Of a DNA stretch of 64,000 nucleotides, positions 27,449 to 39,508 are shown in pieces. The stretch covers positions 28,458,001 through 28,522,000 of the forward strand of contig NC_083288.1 in the NCBI RefSeq assembly GCF_963506605.1, read 5' to 3'. Under the pieces are notes generated by a model, which saw only the letters and a program-made list of their open reading frames with translations, searched no databases and was not told the origin of the DNA. Positions within the stretch are counted from its first letter, which is position 1. Each line of letters begins with the position of its first letter. This stretch comes from Zootoca vivipara. Its lineage: Eukaryota. Made by a program: the position numbers and the translations under genes.

Positions 27449-28392
27449 TCATTTCAGTGGAAACTGAAATGTTCTGCTGAAAATCTTTAACACAGCAGTT
27501 TTGACTTCCTGGTTCCTCAGTGTATAAATAAGTGGATTCAAAACAGGGGTAACTGCACTGTATATGAGGGTCACCATCATTTCTCTTTGATAAGCATTCT
27601 CCACAGAGGGCAGCATGTAGTTAAACAACACTGGAATGTACATCAAACCAACCACCATCAGATGGGATCCACAGGTAGAGAAGGCTTTCTGCCAACCACT
27701 TCGGGATTGTACTTTGAAGAGAAGAAAAATGATAATATAGAAGTAGGAGAGCAGCGTGACAATGAAAGGTCCCATGGCTACGGAGCTAGCTACAGTATTG
27801 AGGAGCATGAGGTTGAGGTAGGTGCTGCCACAGGCCAGTTTCAGCAAAGGTTTGATGTCACATAAAAAGTGTTCAATGTGGTTTGGCCCACAGAAGGGCA
27901 GACGGGCAGTTGCCACTGCATGCATCAGGGCATGAAAAAAGCCAGCGGACCAAGTGGCTGCTGCCAAGATTTGGCAAACCTGCCTGCGCATGATGATGGT
28001 GTAACGCAAGGGGTTGCATATTGCTACATAGCGGTCAAATGCCATTACTCCAAGAAGAATGGCTTCGCTGCTGCCCAAGAAATGGAAAAAGTGGAGCTGG
28101 GCCATGCAGCCACCGAAGGTAATGGTTTGGACTGGCAACAGAAATCCGGCTAGCATCTTTGGAACAGTGACTGTGGAAAAGAAGATGTCAAGGCAGGAAA
28201 GGTTTCCAAGAAAAAAGTACATGGGAGTGTGCAGTTTTGGTTCAACTATTGCAACAAGCACAATAGCTGCATTCCCCAGCAGGCTGGCTAAATACATCAT
28301 CAGGAAGATGGCAAAGAGTGTACACTGAAGCTGCCAGAGATTAGTCAGGCCCATCAAGATGAATTCTCTCACCTCTGTTTGGTTCTTTGTCA
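27449..28392 (-). CDS. OR12D-like gene C, main exon (intact; 321 aa with mini-exon)
   Basis: Open frame with OR12D signatures; begins ttttag|TG ACA AAG AAC CAA. Confidence 0.9.
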
Positions 28393-28681
28393 CTAAAAGA
28401 CAGCAGGGAGGAAGAAAGATAGGTGAGGTCACTGTAGAGTATTATTCAAATCCATCACCTATATCAGAAATCTGTACAGACATAATCAGATACATTCTAA
28501 AACCCCTTCCATTCTATATAGATAAGTGACTCTCTTTTCCTTTAATCATATTCATTACTTGTGAGATTCCTAGTCATATCATACAGATGAATGAGTTGTA
28601 AAATATACAGACTTTTTAAACATGCAGAGAAGCTCATGGGACACTCCTTGTGAGAACATTTATCCCAGGATCCTGTTCTCA

Positions 28682-28901
28682 TACTGTGCTGTGCATTTAC
28701 AATTTTATTTGGTAGAAGCTGAATTATGGTTTGGATGATTTGGATTTTATTGAATTTGGTTGTTTTAATCGTATTAATTTTAATCTCAGTTTTAATTAAT
28801 TTGTTTGCTGCTTTAAATTTATCAAATTGTTTTGTTAGTTGTATGATGAATGCTGTATTGTTACGTAGATATGGGCCTATGGCTGTAATAAACTTGAACT
28901 T
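28682..28901 (+). mobile_element. Short LINE 3'-end insertion in the intron of OR C
   Basis: 13-bp TSD gatcctgttctca (28669-28681, 28902-28914); ends aataaa(cttgaa)n. Confidence 0.65.
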
Positions 28902-29554
28902 GATCCTGTTCTCACAGTGGTCAACCAGATGTCTATTCCCAGGTCACAAGCAGAACCTCATTGCAGCTCCACTTTTTCCACCTACCATTCCCAGAAGGAA
29001 ATGGGAAACAGAAGGAAATGGAGGAAAACAGTGGAAGAAAACCATAGCCAAAATGGTTAAGTCTCTTAAAAATAGAATCTAGCTAAACTCTGTATTTTGC
29101 AGCTTACTTGCATTGCAGAGCATGTTACAGCAAGGACAAAAATCTTTGTAAATTTTAAACAGGTCACAAACTTTGATTTGCTTGCCTTCTGGGGCGGGGG
29201 AGAAGCATGTTAGAACAGGGATAGGAATGAGACAAAATTGTTGCCAGTGATTGGCCTGAGAATAGCTGGTGAACCCCAATATATGGTGTCTTGGGAGAAA
29301 ACCAGCAGGAAGCTGTTAATTAAAAATGCTGTAAGCTTTCTAAAGAATAATGAAGTACAAATATCCGAAACATCATTAACTTGCTTTAACAATACATTTT
29401 TGAGTTTGTGTAAATAACATCTAGAACATCTACATGATAATTAATGCAAATGTTCAGAGAGAGCTCTAATGTACAGGGAGGTTTTTAATGTTTGATGTTT
29501 TATTGTGTTTTTAATATTTTGTTGGCACCCACCCAGAATAACAATAATAATACA

Positions 29555-29597
<43 letters not shown>

Positions 29598-30889
29598 CAA
29601 TAAGTCTCTTTTGCAGCTCAAGTTATACATGGTGGACTTTGCTACAAGATTCTCAATGAGTCTGCTTAAAAAGCACATCTGAAGCACAGCAGAAGGTATT
29701 CTGCCTCTAGCAACATTAATACTGGGAAATTGACTTCAGACATTGATGAAAACTCAATTTCAGTATTAGAGACTTCATAATTCAACAAAACGCATTGTTT
29801 TTTCTTTTTCCTTGTTCCTGTTACCCACAGAAACAGACATTGATGTATGAATATTTCATTGTCCATCACACAGGAATAGCATTGCAGGGGGTTGGATTAG
29901 ATGTTCCTCAGAGTCTCTTGCAACTCTTTGATTCTATGAGACACTCACATTTTAGTATCTGATTCCATAAATAACTACAGCAGTGGTGAAATGAAGGGGG
30001 TTTAGCCTGGAATTTTGCCCTGGGTAAAGCCCCTAGAACAGAGGTTCCCAACTTTTTTTGGGGGGGGGGCTATGTCCCACCTAAGCATCTCTAAAATCTT
30101 GATTGCTCCCCCCCCCCCCCGGTGACATATAATTCTTATTCAAAAAGTGAACTCCTATTAACTTGGTCTAATTCATTCTCAAATTTCCCCCTCTTAACAA
30201 TCAAATTGCCCCCTTGTGGGGCATGTGCCCCATGTTGGGAACCATGGGTCCAGAGCCATTGAAGCTCCGAGCCTCGGAGAAATAAGCCTGGGCTGCCCAG
30301 TCAACCCCACCCACTCCATAGCGGTTTTGCTTTGGCTTTGTTGGCTCCCTCGTGTGACTCTGTGGGGTTGGAAAGCAATGAAGTTTTTTCTCTCTCTGTT
30401 GCAACAGAGTTCTCTCCCTCCTTGCAAAGAAGACCCACAACAAAGGTGCGTAACAACTTTTAAAGACTTTAGAAATACAGAAATCCTTTAACTAATGTCT
30501 AAAAAATAATTACTAATTTCCCAGTCACCCTACATATGCAACAGAAGCTTAGGAAAATGTTAGGTATGCAATGGAAGGGCACTTCCTCCTTGAAAATAGA
30601 CTCACAAAAAGAATTAATGCAACTTATATGGAACCTAAAATGACTACAAAGTATAATTTCCTGAAATGAATAACCTGGATAAGAGCCTTTGCTCTCTGTT
30701 ATCATAATTAAAATTTCATTTTTCTATTGTGTGCTTTAGTCAGGTTCGTCAGCTGTAGATTTCCACAAATGCAGACTGTCAGCACAAATATATATATACT
30801 TTCATCCTTGGAGTAAAGAATGGGATGAGCATACATTTCTTTACATTTCAGCTATATAGTGTATCTTTCAAGCTACAGACAGCACCTAC

Positions 30890-30911
30890 TTTGATAAGTC
30901 CGCTTGTCCAT
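30890..30911 (-). CDS. Upstream coding mini-exon of OR12D-like C (MDKRTYQ+A)
   Basis: ATG GAC AAG CGG ACT TAT CAA A|gtaggt; 22+944=966 nt in frame. Confidence 0.75.
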
Positions 30912-31324
30912 TGAACTTGAGACTGCTTTAAGTGGTATGGAGGAAGTATTTAAAGGAGACAAAGCAACAACAACAACACTCTGATTGCTGTGTGAGCCCA
31001 CGCGATTTTTCGTATGCAACATGTGCCCAGCTTGTTAAAGATTGTTGGCCACCGTTGGGCAAATAAGCTACATTCATTAATTTACTGCCTCTTGATTGCT
31101 CATCTGGGAATTGAGTCCACAATGCTCTTTATTTTGAGGAAAATAAACAATTTGTGCTTTTGAGAATACAAAGTGTGCTTTTGAGAATACAAAAATTATG
31201 CAATCCATAAATTCTGCTACATTGTTTTTATTAACCAAGATTATTGTTAACATCACCAATGTTTGCTCTTTCAATAATTTTTAAAAAAGGCTCACATTTT
31301 TAGTAGATTGTCCATCTTAACACC

Positions 31325-31535
31325 GGTTACAGGTAGGTAGCCGTGTTGGTCTGGATCGAAGTAAAATAAAAAAATTCCTTCAGTAGCACCTTAAAGACCA
31401 ACTAAGTTTTTATTTTGGTATGAGCTTTCGTGTGCATGCACACTTCAGGTATCTGAAGAAGTGTGCATGCACACGAAAGCTCATACCAAAATAAAAACTT
31501 AGTTGGTCTTTAAGGTGCTACTGAAGGAATTTTTT
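31325..31535. mobile_element. Penelope-like element terminal fragment arranged as an inverted repeat
   Basis: About 78-bp perfect arms (31369-31446 / 31457-31535); cacgaaagctcat..aataaaa..tctttaaggtgctac pLTR-type motif; 12-bp TSD catcttaacacc. Confidence 0.8.
31448..31487 (+). ncRNA. Minimal type I hammerhead ribozyme motif
   Basis: GGTAT-CTGAAGA-A-GTGTG catg CACAC-GAAA-GC-TC-ATACC: stem I, conserved core, stem II, no stable stem III. Confidence 0.6.
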
Positions 31536-31567
31536 CATCTTAACACCATTCTCTTCTCTCTTTAGAA

Positions 31568-32110
31568 GTTGCGTGCCCAGACCCTACCACCTGCAATGAT
31601 TCCTGGTTTAGGAAAAGAATCAGTCAAGACACACCATTTACATTTTGGGGTCAAATAAGACCACAACTTTTATTCATTACAAATCTAATAGGTTTGGCAT
31701 AGTTTTGGGCATAACCATTAATATCCAGCCTGGCTGCTGGAAGTATTTCCAAAGGGGTTTGCCCCCTGAGACCAGGAGGACCTATAAAATACATCAAAAT
31801 GGATCACCCCCACAAGAGAACCACCTTAATGGGTGCAATGACCATAGCCCCCTCCTGGGCATCCTCCTACATCCATTTAATGGGATACCCCTTTCCTTTG
31901 GTGGAACAGAGGACAGCCTGTCCTCCACCAAGACTAAGGCCTAGCAAATGCTTAAACTGCCACATGAGCCAACCACTTTTGGCTTGCCATCAAACCAATC
32001 ACATTTTCAACCGGCCCTGTAAGTCTTCAACCAAATCCATTAACCAGGCATCATTCCCTGCAGCTGACAGGTGGACACCATCATGTCTAAACAAGACCTC
32101 TGATTTGTGC
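31568..32110 (-). mobile_element. LTR-like repeat, family Y
   Basis: First about 230 bp homologous to 40350-40605; minus-strand AATAAA near 31670; right boundary uncertain. Confidence 0.5.
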
Positions 32111-32274
32111 AAACCTGGTTGTTGACACCACACCATTGCCTCCTTTCTAACAGTTCAGACCCATTTGTGGGTAAGTTACATGGTATGACTCAAATTTCGA
32201 AAGTATGGCCCAGGCTACCTGCTTTGATTTATTCCTCAGCATCTCCAAGTAGGACTAGGAGAGGACCCTGTCTT

Positions 32275-32649
32275 CAGTGGCATCGCAACGTGGGGGCGGT
32301 GGGGGCAGTGCGTTCCTGGTGCCATGTCTCTGAGGGTGACAAGGCGGCACTCCACTGTGGCAGCGCGAGCAGCAGTTTGGCGCCGGCGCCACTCCAGCGC
32401 CGTACAGACGATGCCAGGATCCTCTGCTCACAGCTGCAGCCATGACCAGAGGATCCTGGCACCGTCCGTACGGCACTGGAGTGCCACCTCCGCCAAGCCG
32501 CTACGTAGCACGCATGTGCGGCATCACTATGTATGACGCATGCATCACACGTAGCAACCCCGCACATGTGCGCTACGTAGCGATGCCCCACCCCCGGGTG
32601 CATGTCATGTTTGCCGATCCGGGTGCCCAAGCGGCTCCCTCCGCCACTG
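32275..32649. mobile_element. CpG-rich hAT MITE with two internal palindromes
   Basis: cagtggc...gccactg TIRs; 8-bp TSD cctgtctt. Confidence 0.88.
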
Positions 32650-32725
32650 CCTGTCTTATACCCTGGAGAGCCATCATGAGTTAGTCAAATAGATCAATGA
32701 TCCAATTCTGGTATAGCCCAGCTTC

Positions 32726-33664
32726 CTAGGTTTGAAATATAATTTTTCTGCATAATATTTTCCTCAGAGCAGATTTTACTTCTTGATTCCTCAAAGTGTA
32801 GATCAAGGGGTTTAAAACAGGTGTGACGACACTGTATAGCAGAGTGATGCTCATTTCTCTTTCAGAAGGTTCACCAGTAGAGGCAAGCATGTAGTTGAAA
32901 ATAACTGGAACATACAAAAGTGCTACCACTGTTAGGTGAGAAGCACAGGTTGAGAAGGCCTTCCAACGGCTCTGCCATGACTGGACTTTGAAGAAGAGGA
33001 AGGAGATGATATAGAGATAAGAAAGGAGAGTGAGGAAGAAGGAACCTAGAGCAATGCAGCTTGTGACAACATTGAGGAGGGTCATGTTGAGGGCAGTGCT
33101 ACTGCAAGCCAATTCTAGCAGGGGCTTGATGTCACAGAAAAAGTGCTGGATAATATTGGGGCCGCAGAACCACAGCCGGGAAGTGACTACTGTGTGCATT
33201 AGGGCATGAAAGAAGCCCGCGGCCCAGGTAGCCACAGCTAGTGCAATACAAGCCCATTTATTCATGATGATGGTGTAACGCAGAGGGTTGCATATGGCCA
33301 CATAGCGGTCATATGCCATGACTCCCAGAAGCATGCCTTCACTGCTGCCCAGGAAGTGGAAGAAGTGCAGTTGAGTCAGGCAACCAATAAAGGAGATAGT
33401 GTTGTGCCTCTTTAGGAAGCCATTCAGCATTTTGGGTACAGTAACTGTGGAGCAACATATATCCAGGCAAGAGAGGTTTCCAAGGAAAAAATACATGGGG
33501 GTGTGAAGGCGTTGCTCAACCAGGACTACTGCCAAAATGGCCCCATTTCCTAGCAAGCAGGCCACATAGAGCAGCAGGAAGACTGTGAAAAGCATGTGTT
33601 GCTGTCTGTGGTCATTTGCTATACCCAAGAGAACGAACTCATGGACCTCTGTCTGGTTCCCCAT
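32726..33664 (-). CDS. OR12D-like gene D (intact, 312 aa)
   Basis: ATG retained 2 nt after the acceptor (cag|AG ATG GGG AAC CAG); QLHFFHFLGSSE, MAYDRY, CDIKPLL, NPLIYTLRN. Confidence 0.94.
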   Translation of the reverse strand: MGNQTEVHEFVLLGIANDHRQQHMLFTVFLLLYVACLLGNGAILAVVLVEQRLHTPMYFFLGNLSCLDICCSTVTVPKMLNGFLKRHNTISFIGCLTQLHFFHFLGSSEGMLLGVMAYDRYVAICNPLRYTIIMNKWACIALAVATWAAGFFHALMHTVVTSRLWFCGPNIIQHFFCDIKPLLELACSSTALNMTLLNVVTSCIALGSFFLTLLSYLYIISFLFFKVQSWQSRWKAFSTCASHLTVVALLYVPVIFNYMLASTGEPSEREMSITLLYSVVTPVLNPLIYTLRNQEVKSALRKILCRKIIFQT

Positions 33665-34253
33665 CTCTGTTCAAATAAAAAAAAATGGGGGGAAATAGGC
33701 CAGTGGTTCTAGAATAGAACTAGAAGAGAATGTACTGCAGTGATGAATGAATTGAAAGACAATGGATTGTGGTGTTGGGAATGAAGCCATGAAGGCAATT
33801 TGACAAGGCTTCTTTCCCCTGGTGAGTTTTTAAATTAATTTTAAGGAAAGCAATATGAGAAAGAAAGGCATGAAGATTATTTTCAAAGTATGTAGTATTT
33901 AAGCAGAAGTCCAGAGTTTTGGATTACCATCATTTCTTCCATCTTCGTGATTCTAAGTAGAATGCTGAATGCAGGATGGAAGACATCTGATGTGGCATTT
34001 ATCTCACTCTGTCATTCCCCAAAGAGTGATGAATTTGCATTAGAGCAGGGGTAGTCAAAGTTGTGCCCTCAAGATGTTGTTGGACTCCAACTGCCACTAG
34101 CTCTAGCCAGTTTGTTCAAGAATGGAGTGAGTAATAGCATCTTCTGGTGCATACTGCATTGGCCGCCCCTGAATTAGAGAAACACAGTTAGTGACATATT
34201 GAATGATCAGATCACGTTTTGTATAAATTGAGTTTGTTTCAGTCTCCTCTATC

Positions 34254-34255
<2 letters not shown>

Positions 34256-34312
<57 letters not shown>

Positions 34313-34357
34313 TCCCAAGGAGAACACCATTCCCCCTGTGGGAGAAGTGCAAAGCAA

Positions 34358-34390
<33 letters not shown>
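34256..34390. repeat. (CA)n and (TAG)n microsatellites
   Basis: Direct inspection. Confidence 0.95.
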
Positions 34391-34391
<1 letters not shown>

Positions 34392-35644
34392 TGCACCTTC
34401 TCTCCATCACCTGTTAACACTTCACTGTCTGTGTCTTGTACAAGCAATGAATGTGCCCCTCACTTCTTCTTCTTGCTCTGAACCACTTTGCATTGCTTTG
34501 TCATTGTTTTAGCAACCTTTGTAAACCTGCCTTACATCACCCTTACATGCTTGGGCTATCTATTGCATTGGTCTGTGGTTTTATGCCCCCCTTTCATTTC
34601 ATATACATATCCTAAAAGACTCACCTCACCAGAGTGCTGACTGAACAACCAAACTGGCTTCTTCAGATGTGTCCCATGTTTCTTTTTGTTCCCCCTTCCT
34701 TTTATTTGTTAAATGTGTAACAATATAACAAAATAACAAAAACAACAAATGTTGCATAAACTAGAAAAGGTTTATTCTTGTTGATTCAGATGAGCCACTT
34801 TAACTGGCCCCTGTAGCTGTGTCATTATGGGAAGTTTGATGTCACTCCCCCCCCCCCAAGAGAAACTTAAAAAGACATTGAATTAAACATTATTACCTGC
34901 GAAGTTGCTCAACATCAAACTGTACTTAAAGTTACAGTACAATGGGGCAGCTGCAAACATGGGAAATTCATTGCCTCAGTTGCATGCAAAGGAAGCATTT
35001 TAAGACATAAAAAATGAAAGATAGTGAAATTTATGGAAAATCCATGTTGTACACCTAAAGCATGTTCAGCCCACATTTGAAACACATTCTTCACCCCAAA
35101 AATTGTAGGAACTATAGCCCCCCCCCATCTCAGAGCTACCATTTCTAGCACTCCTAATAACTTATACTTCCCAGGGTTCTTTGAGAGAAGTCATGTGCTT
35201 TAAATGTGCAGTGCATGTGCTTTAGATGTATAGTGCGGATTTGACCATAGCTATGTATTTTGGGTAGCTCCATCAAGTTGCATCTCCACAGATTCCCCAC
35301 TAGTTATTAGGCAACATTTAATCAGATAAAGATTTTTACTTGGCATGGAGACAAGTGTTTAAAACTGTTAATTGCTGAAGATCAATTCTTAATTGCTGAA
35401 GTAATTATTAATATTGAGGACTAGCACAACAGTATTACTATGAGACAGAAAATGAGACGTTTTACATGCGCAGACCGTAAAAATCATGCTTTGTATCATT
35501 TCCCACATCTATTCCACTTTTTCCACTGTGGGAACTGTACTCCTAAGTTTTAACTCATTTATTTCTTTAATTCTGTGATGCAACCAATAGAGGAGAATAG
35601 AGGTAGGAAGGTATCTGAAATCTGCTAAGCAGATGGCAGTTAAT

Positions 35645-35872
35645 TAGGGCTGCCATATGTCTGGATTTTCCCAGGATTTCATTACTGGGATTTCAAAGGT
35701 GAAATTGACGTCCCGGGGTCATTTCCTAGAGATGCTTTGTACTGGATCTTAGATTAGTTGACCAAAAATTATGAGATTTTTGTGTTTTTGTAAAAGAAAA
35801 AGAAAGAAAAAAGCTCAATGATCTTGGAGTTTGTTTAAAAACAGCTCAACTTTGTGAAATATGGCAACCCTA
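35645..35872. mobile_element. hAT MITE with TAGGG(C/T)TGCCA ends
   Basis: tagggctgccatat...atatggcaacccta; TSD cagttaat/tagttaat. Confidence 0.75.
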
Positions 35873-36893
35873 TAGTTAATGGATCCACATACTGAATGCA
35901 TTTTTAAAATCTTTTTAAATACTGTAAGTTGCTTGCTGCTGCAGCTCTTACCTTAGCAAACTATATACTTCGTTCAGTCTAGATATTCAACTTGTAAATA
36001 GATTAAAATCCACAGAACCAGAGTGAGATGTTATCATCAGTTTGCCTGCACTCATATTAAAGCAGAGGAGAGATATAGCTTTTTTGTATACTTTTGAGTG
36101 TGCTAATTTTATCACATCTACTCTCCCTTGGAAAAGAAAAACCTTTAGGAGAAAAAACCAAAACCTTTGGAGATTTTTCATGTCATATGAGAATTCCTTT
36201 GTTTTTGAAAACAGAAATGATTAATATGGTCTTTCGGGATGGTATGTTAATTGTTTGTTTTATATGATATTGTCTAGAGTGGGAGAGAAAATATTGAGCT
36301 TGTTTAAGCAAACTTGCTGATGAATTCCAGCTATGAAATTTCATGTTGGAGTCCATCTTTGAAATTCTTTTGTTTTTCTTTTCTTTTCAGGCCACTAACA
36401 GTGAATCCTTCTTCTTTTTTACCCATTGGTTTCTTCACTTTGCCTTTTTTATATATCAGATCTGTATCCATTTATTAGTTTCAAAAAAGGTGCATCAGTT
36501 TGTTCTTTGTAGGCAGCAAATGGGTATTGTTGACAACTAAAGGAATATATCATATTGGTTGATTTCATCATGTCTCATAATACCATTGCAAATATGGAGA
36601 TTTCACCTCAACTTTCATTTCCTATATGCCTTCCCATCCAAATAATTTTGGTGAGCTCAGTATAAAACTTCAATACTTGATTGAAAACCACCAAGTAAGT
36701 TGTGGTAGAGTTATTAAGTTATAATGGACTTGTGTTAAGTTAAACTGGAAAAGTGTTCATAATGTTTTCCGGAATATTTTTGGGAAAACACTTGTTAAAT
36801 ACTATGATTGTTCTGTTAGGCTGTTAAAAGTGATGCAAGGTTCAGACAAAGATCCTCAATTTGTTTATTTGTATTTATTTATTAAATTTTATA

Positions 36894-37225
36894 CCACCCT
36901 CCAACATTTCTCCAATGAAAATAGGGACATCCCATTCCATAATGATAATTTTACTATTTATACCCCACACATCTTACTGGGTTGCCCCAGCCACTCTGGG
37001 AAGCTCCAAACATACATAAATCATAATAAAACGTTAAACATTAAAATAACTTTCCTATACAGATTGCCGTCAGATGGCTCAGGGGTCGGATACCCTCCAA
37101 TATTTCTCCAATGAAAACAGGGACGTCTTAAGGAGAAGTGGGAGATTCTGGGATCATATCAAAAACCAGGATGACTTCTCTAAATCAGGGATGTCCCTGG
37201 AAAATAGGGACACTTGGAGAGTCTG
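36894..37225 (-). mobile_element. About 330-bp DNA transposon, copy 2, adjoining an L2-like remnant (to about 37660)
   Basis: Reverse complement of 20682-21030. Confidence 0.75.
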
Positions 37226-37794
37226 CATTTGCAGATCTCAGGGAGATTATCAACATAATAATACACCAAAAACCACAAAAATATAACAATAACAATAACA
37301 ACAAAACAAAACCAATAATCCCCCTCTCTTGCCCACCCAATCCTTCAACACATTTAAAAGGATTTCTGGTGTCAATCAGTCAAAATCATGGTTGGAGAGG
37401 TGTATAATGAAGGCACTAGACAAACCTCATTGAGCAGAGCATTCCACAAATGAGAAGCCACTGGATAACAGTATCCTTCAGACCTCTCATGGGGAAGGCC
37501 CATAAAGAAAGGTCTCATGGAGGAGTCACGTGAAGAAGGGCTTCAGATGAAGATTGCCTGGTTTGGGTCAGTTCATATGGGAAGAGGCAGTTCTCAAGAT
37601 ATTTCAGTTCTAATCTGTTTAAGGCTGTATAGATCAAAACCTTGAATTGGACTTATGAATTGAAACAAAATATTATGTCTGATATCAGAGACCTGCAGTG
37701 ATGTCCCACAAAGTAAAAAAGCCAATTTTCTTTCTCTTGCAATACTGCAGCAGTTTGAGTTATTCCTCTGGTGGTCACATTTCATAGAGTACGA

Positions 37795-38748
37795 TCAATG
37801 AAGAAGTCTCTTCTTATCATTACCTTTCAGTGAAATGTAAAAAAACTTTCTTCCCATAATCTTCAACAAGGCGGTTTTGACTTCCTGGTTTCTCAGTGTA
37901 TAGATAAGTGGGTTCAAAACTGGTGTAACAGCACTGTATATGAGGGTCACTATCATATCCCTTTGAGAAGCATTACCCACAGAAGGAAGCATGTAGTTAA
38001 ACAACACTGGCACGTACATCAATCCAACCACCATCAGATGGGATCCACAGGTGGAGAAGGCTTTCTGCCGACCAGTTTGGGATTGTACTTTGAAGAGAAG
38101 AAAAATGATAATGTAGAAGTATGAGAGGAGTGTGGCAATGAAAGGTCCCATGACAATGCAACTGGTTACAATATTAAGAAGCAAGAGGTTCAGGTGGGTA
38201 CTACCACAGGCCAGTTTCAGCAAAGGCTTGATTTCACAAAAAAAGTGTTCAATGTGATTGGGCCCACAGAAGGGCAAACGGGCAGTTGCCATCGCATGCA
38301 TCAGGGCATGAAAAAAGGCAGTGGAGTTGGCAGACCTGCTTGCGCATGATGATGGTGTAACGCAAAGGATTGCATATTGCTACATAGCGATCAAATGCCA
38401 TTACTCCAAGAAGAATGGCTTCGCTGCTGCCCAAGAAATGGAAAAAGTGGAGCTGGGCCATGCAGCTAGCAAAGGAAATGGTTTGGACTGGCAACAGAAA
38501 TCCAGCTAGCATCTTTGGAACTGTAGTTGTGGTAAAGAAGATGTCAAGGCAGGAAAGGTTTCCAAGAAAAAAGTACATGGGGGTATGCAGCTTTGGTTCA
38601 ACTATTGCAACAAGCACAATAGCTGCATTCCCCAGCAGGCTGGCTAAATACATCATCAGGAAGATGGCAAAGAATGTACACTGAAGAGCCCAGAGATTAG
38701 TCAGGCCCATCAAGATGAATTCTCTCACCTCTGTTTGGTTCTTTGTCA
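37795..38748 (-). pseudogene. OR12D-like pseudogene E, main exon
   Basis: 20-nt deletion near 38325 (TM4) relative to paralogues splits it into ORFs 38249-38749 and 37795-38301; an extra T near 37840 shifts the C-terminus. Confidence 0.88.
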
Positions 38749-39508
38749 CTAAAAGACAGCAGGGAGAAAGAAAGGTAGGTGAGTACCATTCAAGTCACTT
38801 ACCTATATCAGAAATCTCTACAGACATAAGCAGATAAAACCCAGTCTAATTCTAAACCCACTTACATTCTTTATAGGGAAATTACTTTATATTTCCTACA
38901 ACCATAATCATTACTTGGGTGCCCAGGTGTCACACAACCCTCAAACCTGTCTGATGAATAACAGTCAAGAAACAGTATTTTGAGTCAAATCAGGGACAAC
39001 TTTATTGCCATCCCCTCCCAGCCCCAGAAATAGACACTCACATTATAGCATATCATTACATAAATAACTACAGCAAAGTTGTCCCTCTATTCTCCTTTCA
39101 GTATGACTCTTTCAGAATCATCTGAAATCCACATTTTGACAAAGAATAGTTACAAATAGCATTGATCAAGATTAATGTTTGCCAATTCAATTATTTGAGT
39201 TGCAGCAAACACCCATTTAAATGATTGAATCCAAGTTATGTTCATTAACTTCAAATGGTCTTTTCTTACTAGCAGTAGCACTGGTTTCAACCCTTTGCTT
39301 TACTTTATCATCATGAGCATTTCATTTTTCTATTGTGTTCTTTACTCAGGTTTATCAGCTGCAGTTTTCACAAAAGCAGACTGTAAGCACAAACATGTAT
39401 AATTTCACCCTGGGAGTAAAGAATCGGATGAACATAAATTGCTTGATTAACATCCAGCTATATACAGTATACAGTAATGTGTTCTTTCAAGCTGCAGATG
39501 GTGCCTAC

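Noticed and set aside
28393-28483. Proximal alternative mini-exon ATG TCT GTA xAG ATT TCT GAT ATA G| with a 66-nt (C) or 54-nt (E) intron that is also in frame
   Set aside because: ATG is absent in A and B, A has an in-frame stop, B is frameshifted, and 54-66 nt is at or below the usual vertebrate intron minimum. The distal exon is conserved in all four copies. A minor isoform is not excluded.
32107-32684. Overlapping GC-rich ORFs here and at 46053-47007 and 53323-53708
   Set aside because: Stop-poor frames inside GC-rich transposon or LTR sequence; no recognisable protein motifs.
34619-34680. Upstream exon of OR D as a coding mini-exon (GAG|gtgagt donor at 34624)
   Set aside because: An in-frame TGA directly precedes the donor and it has no homology to the A/B/C/E exon; at most a non-coding 5'UTR exon.
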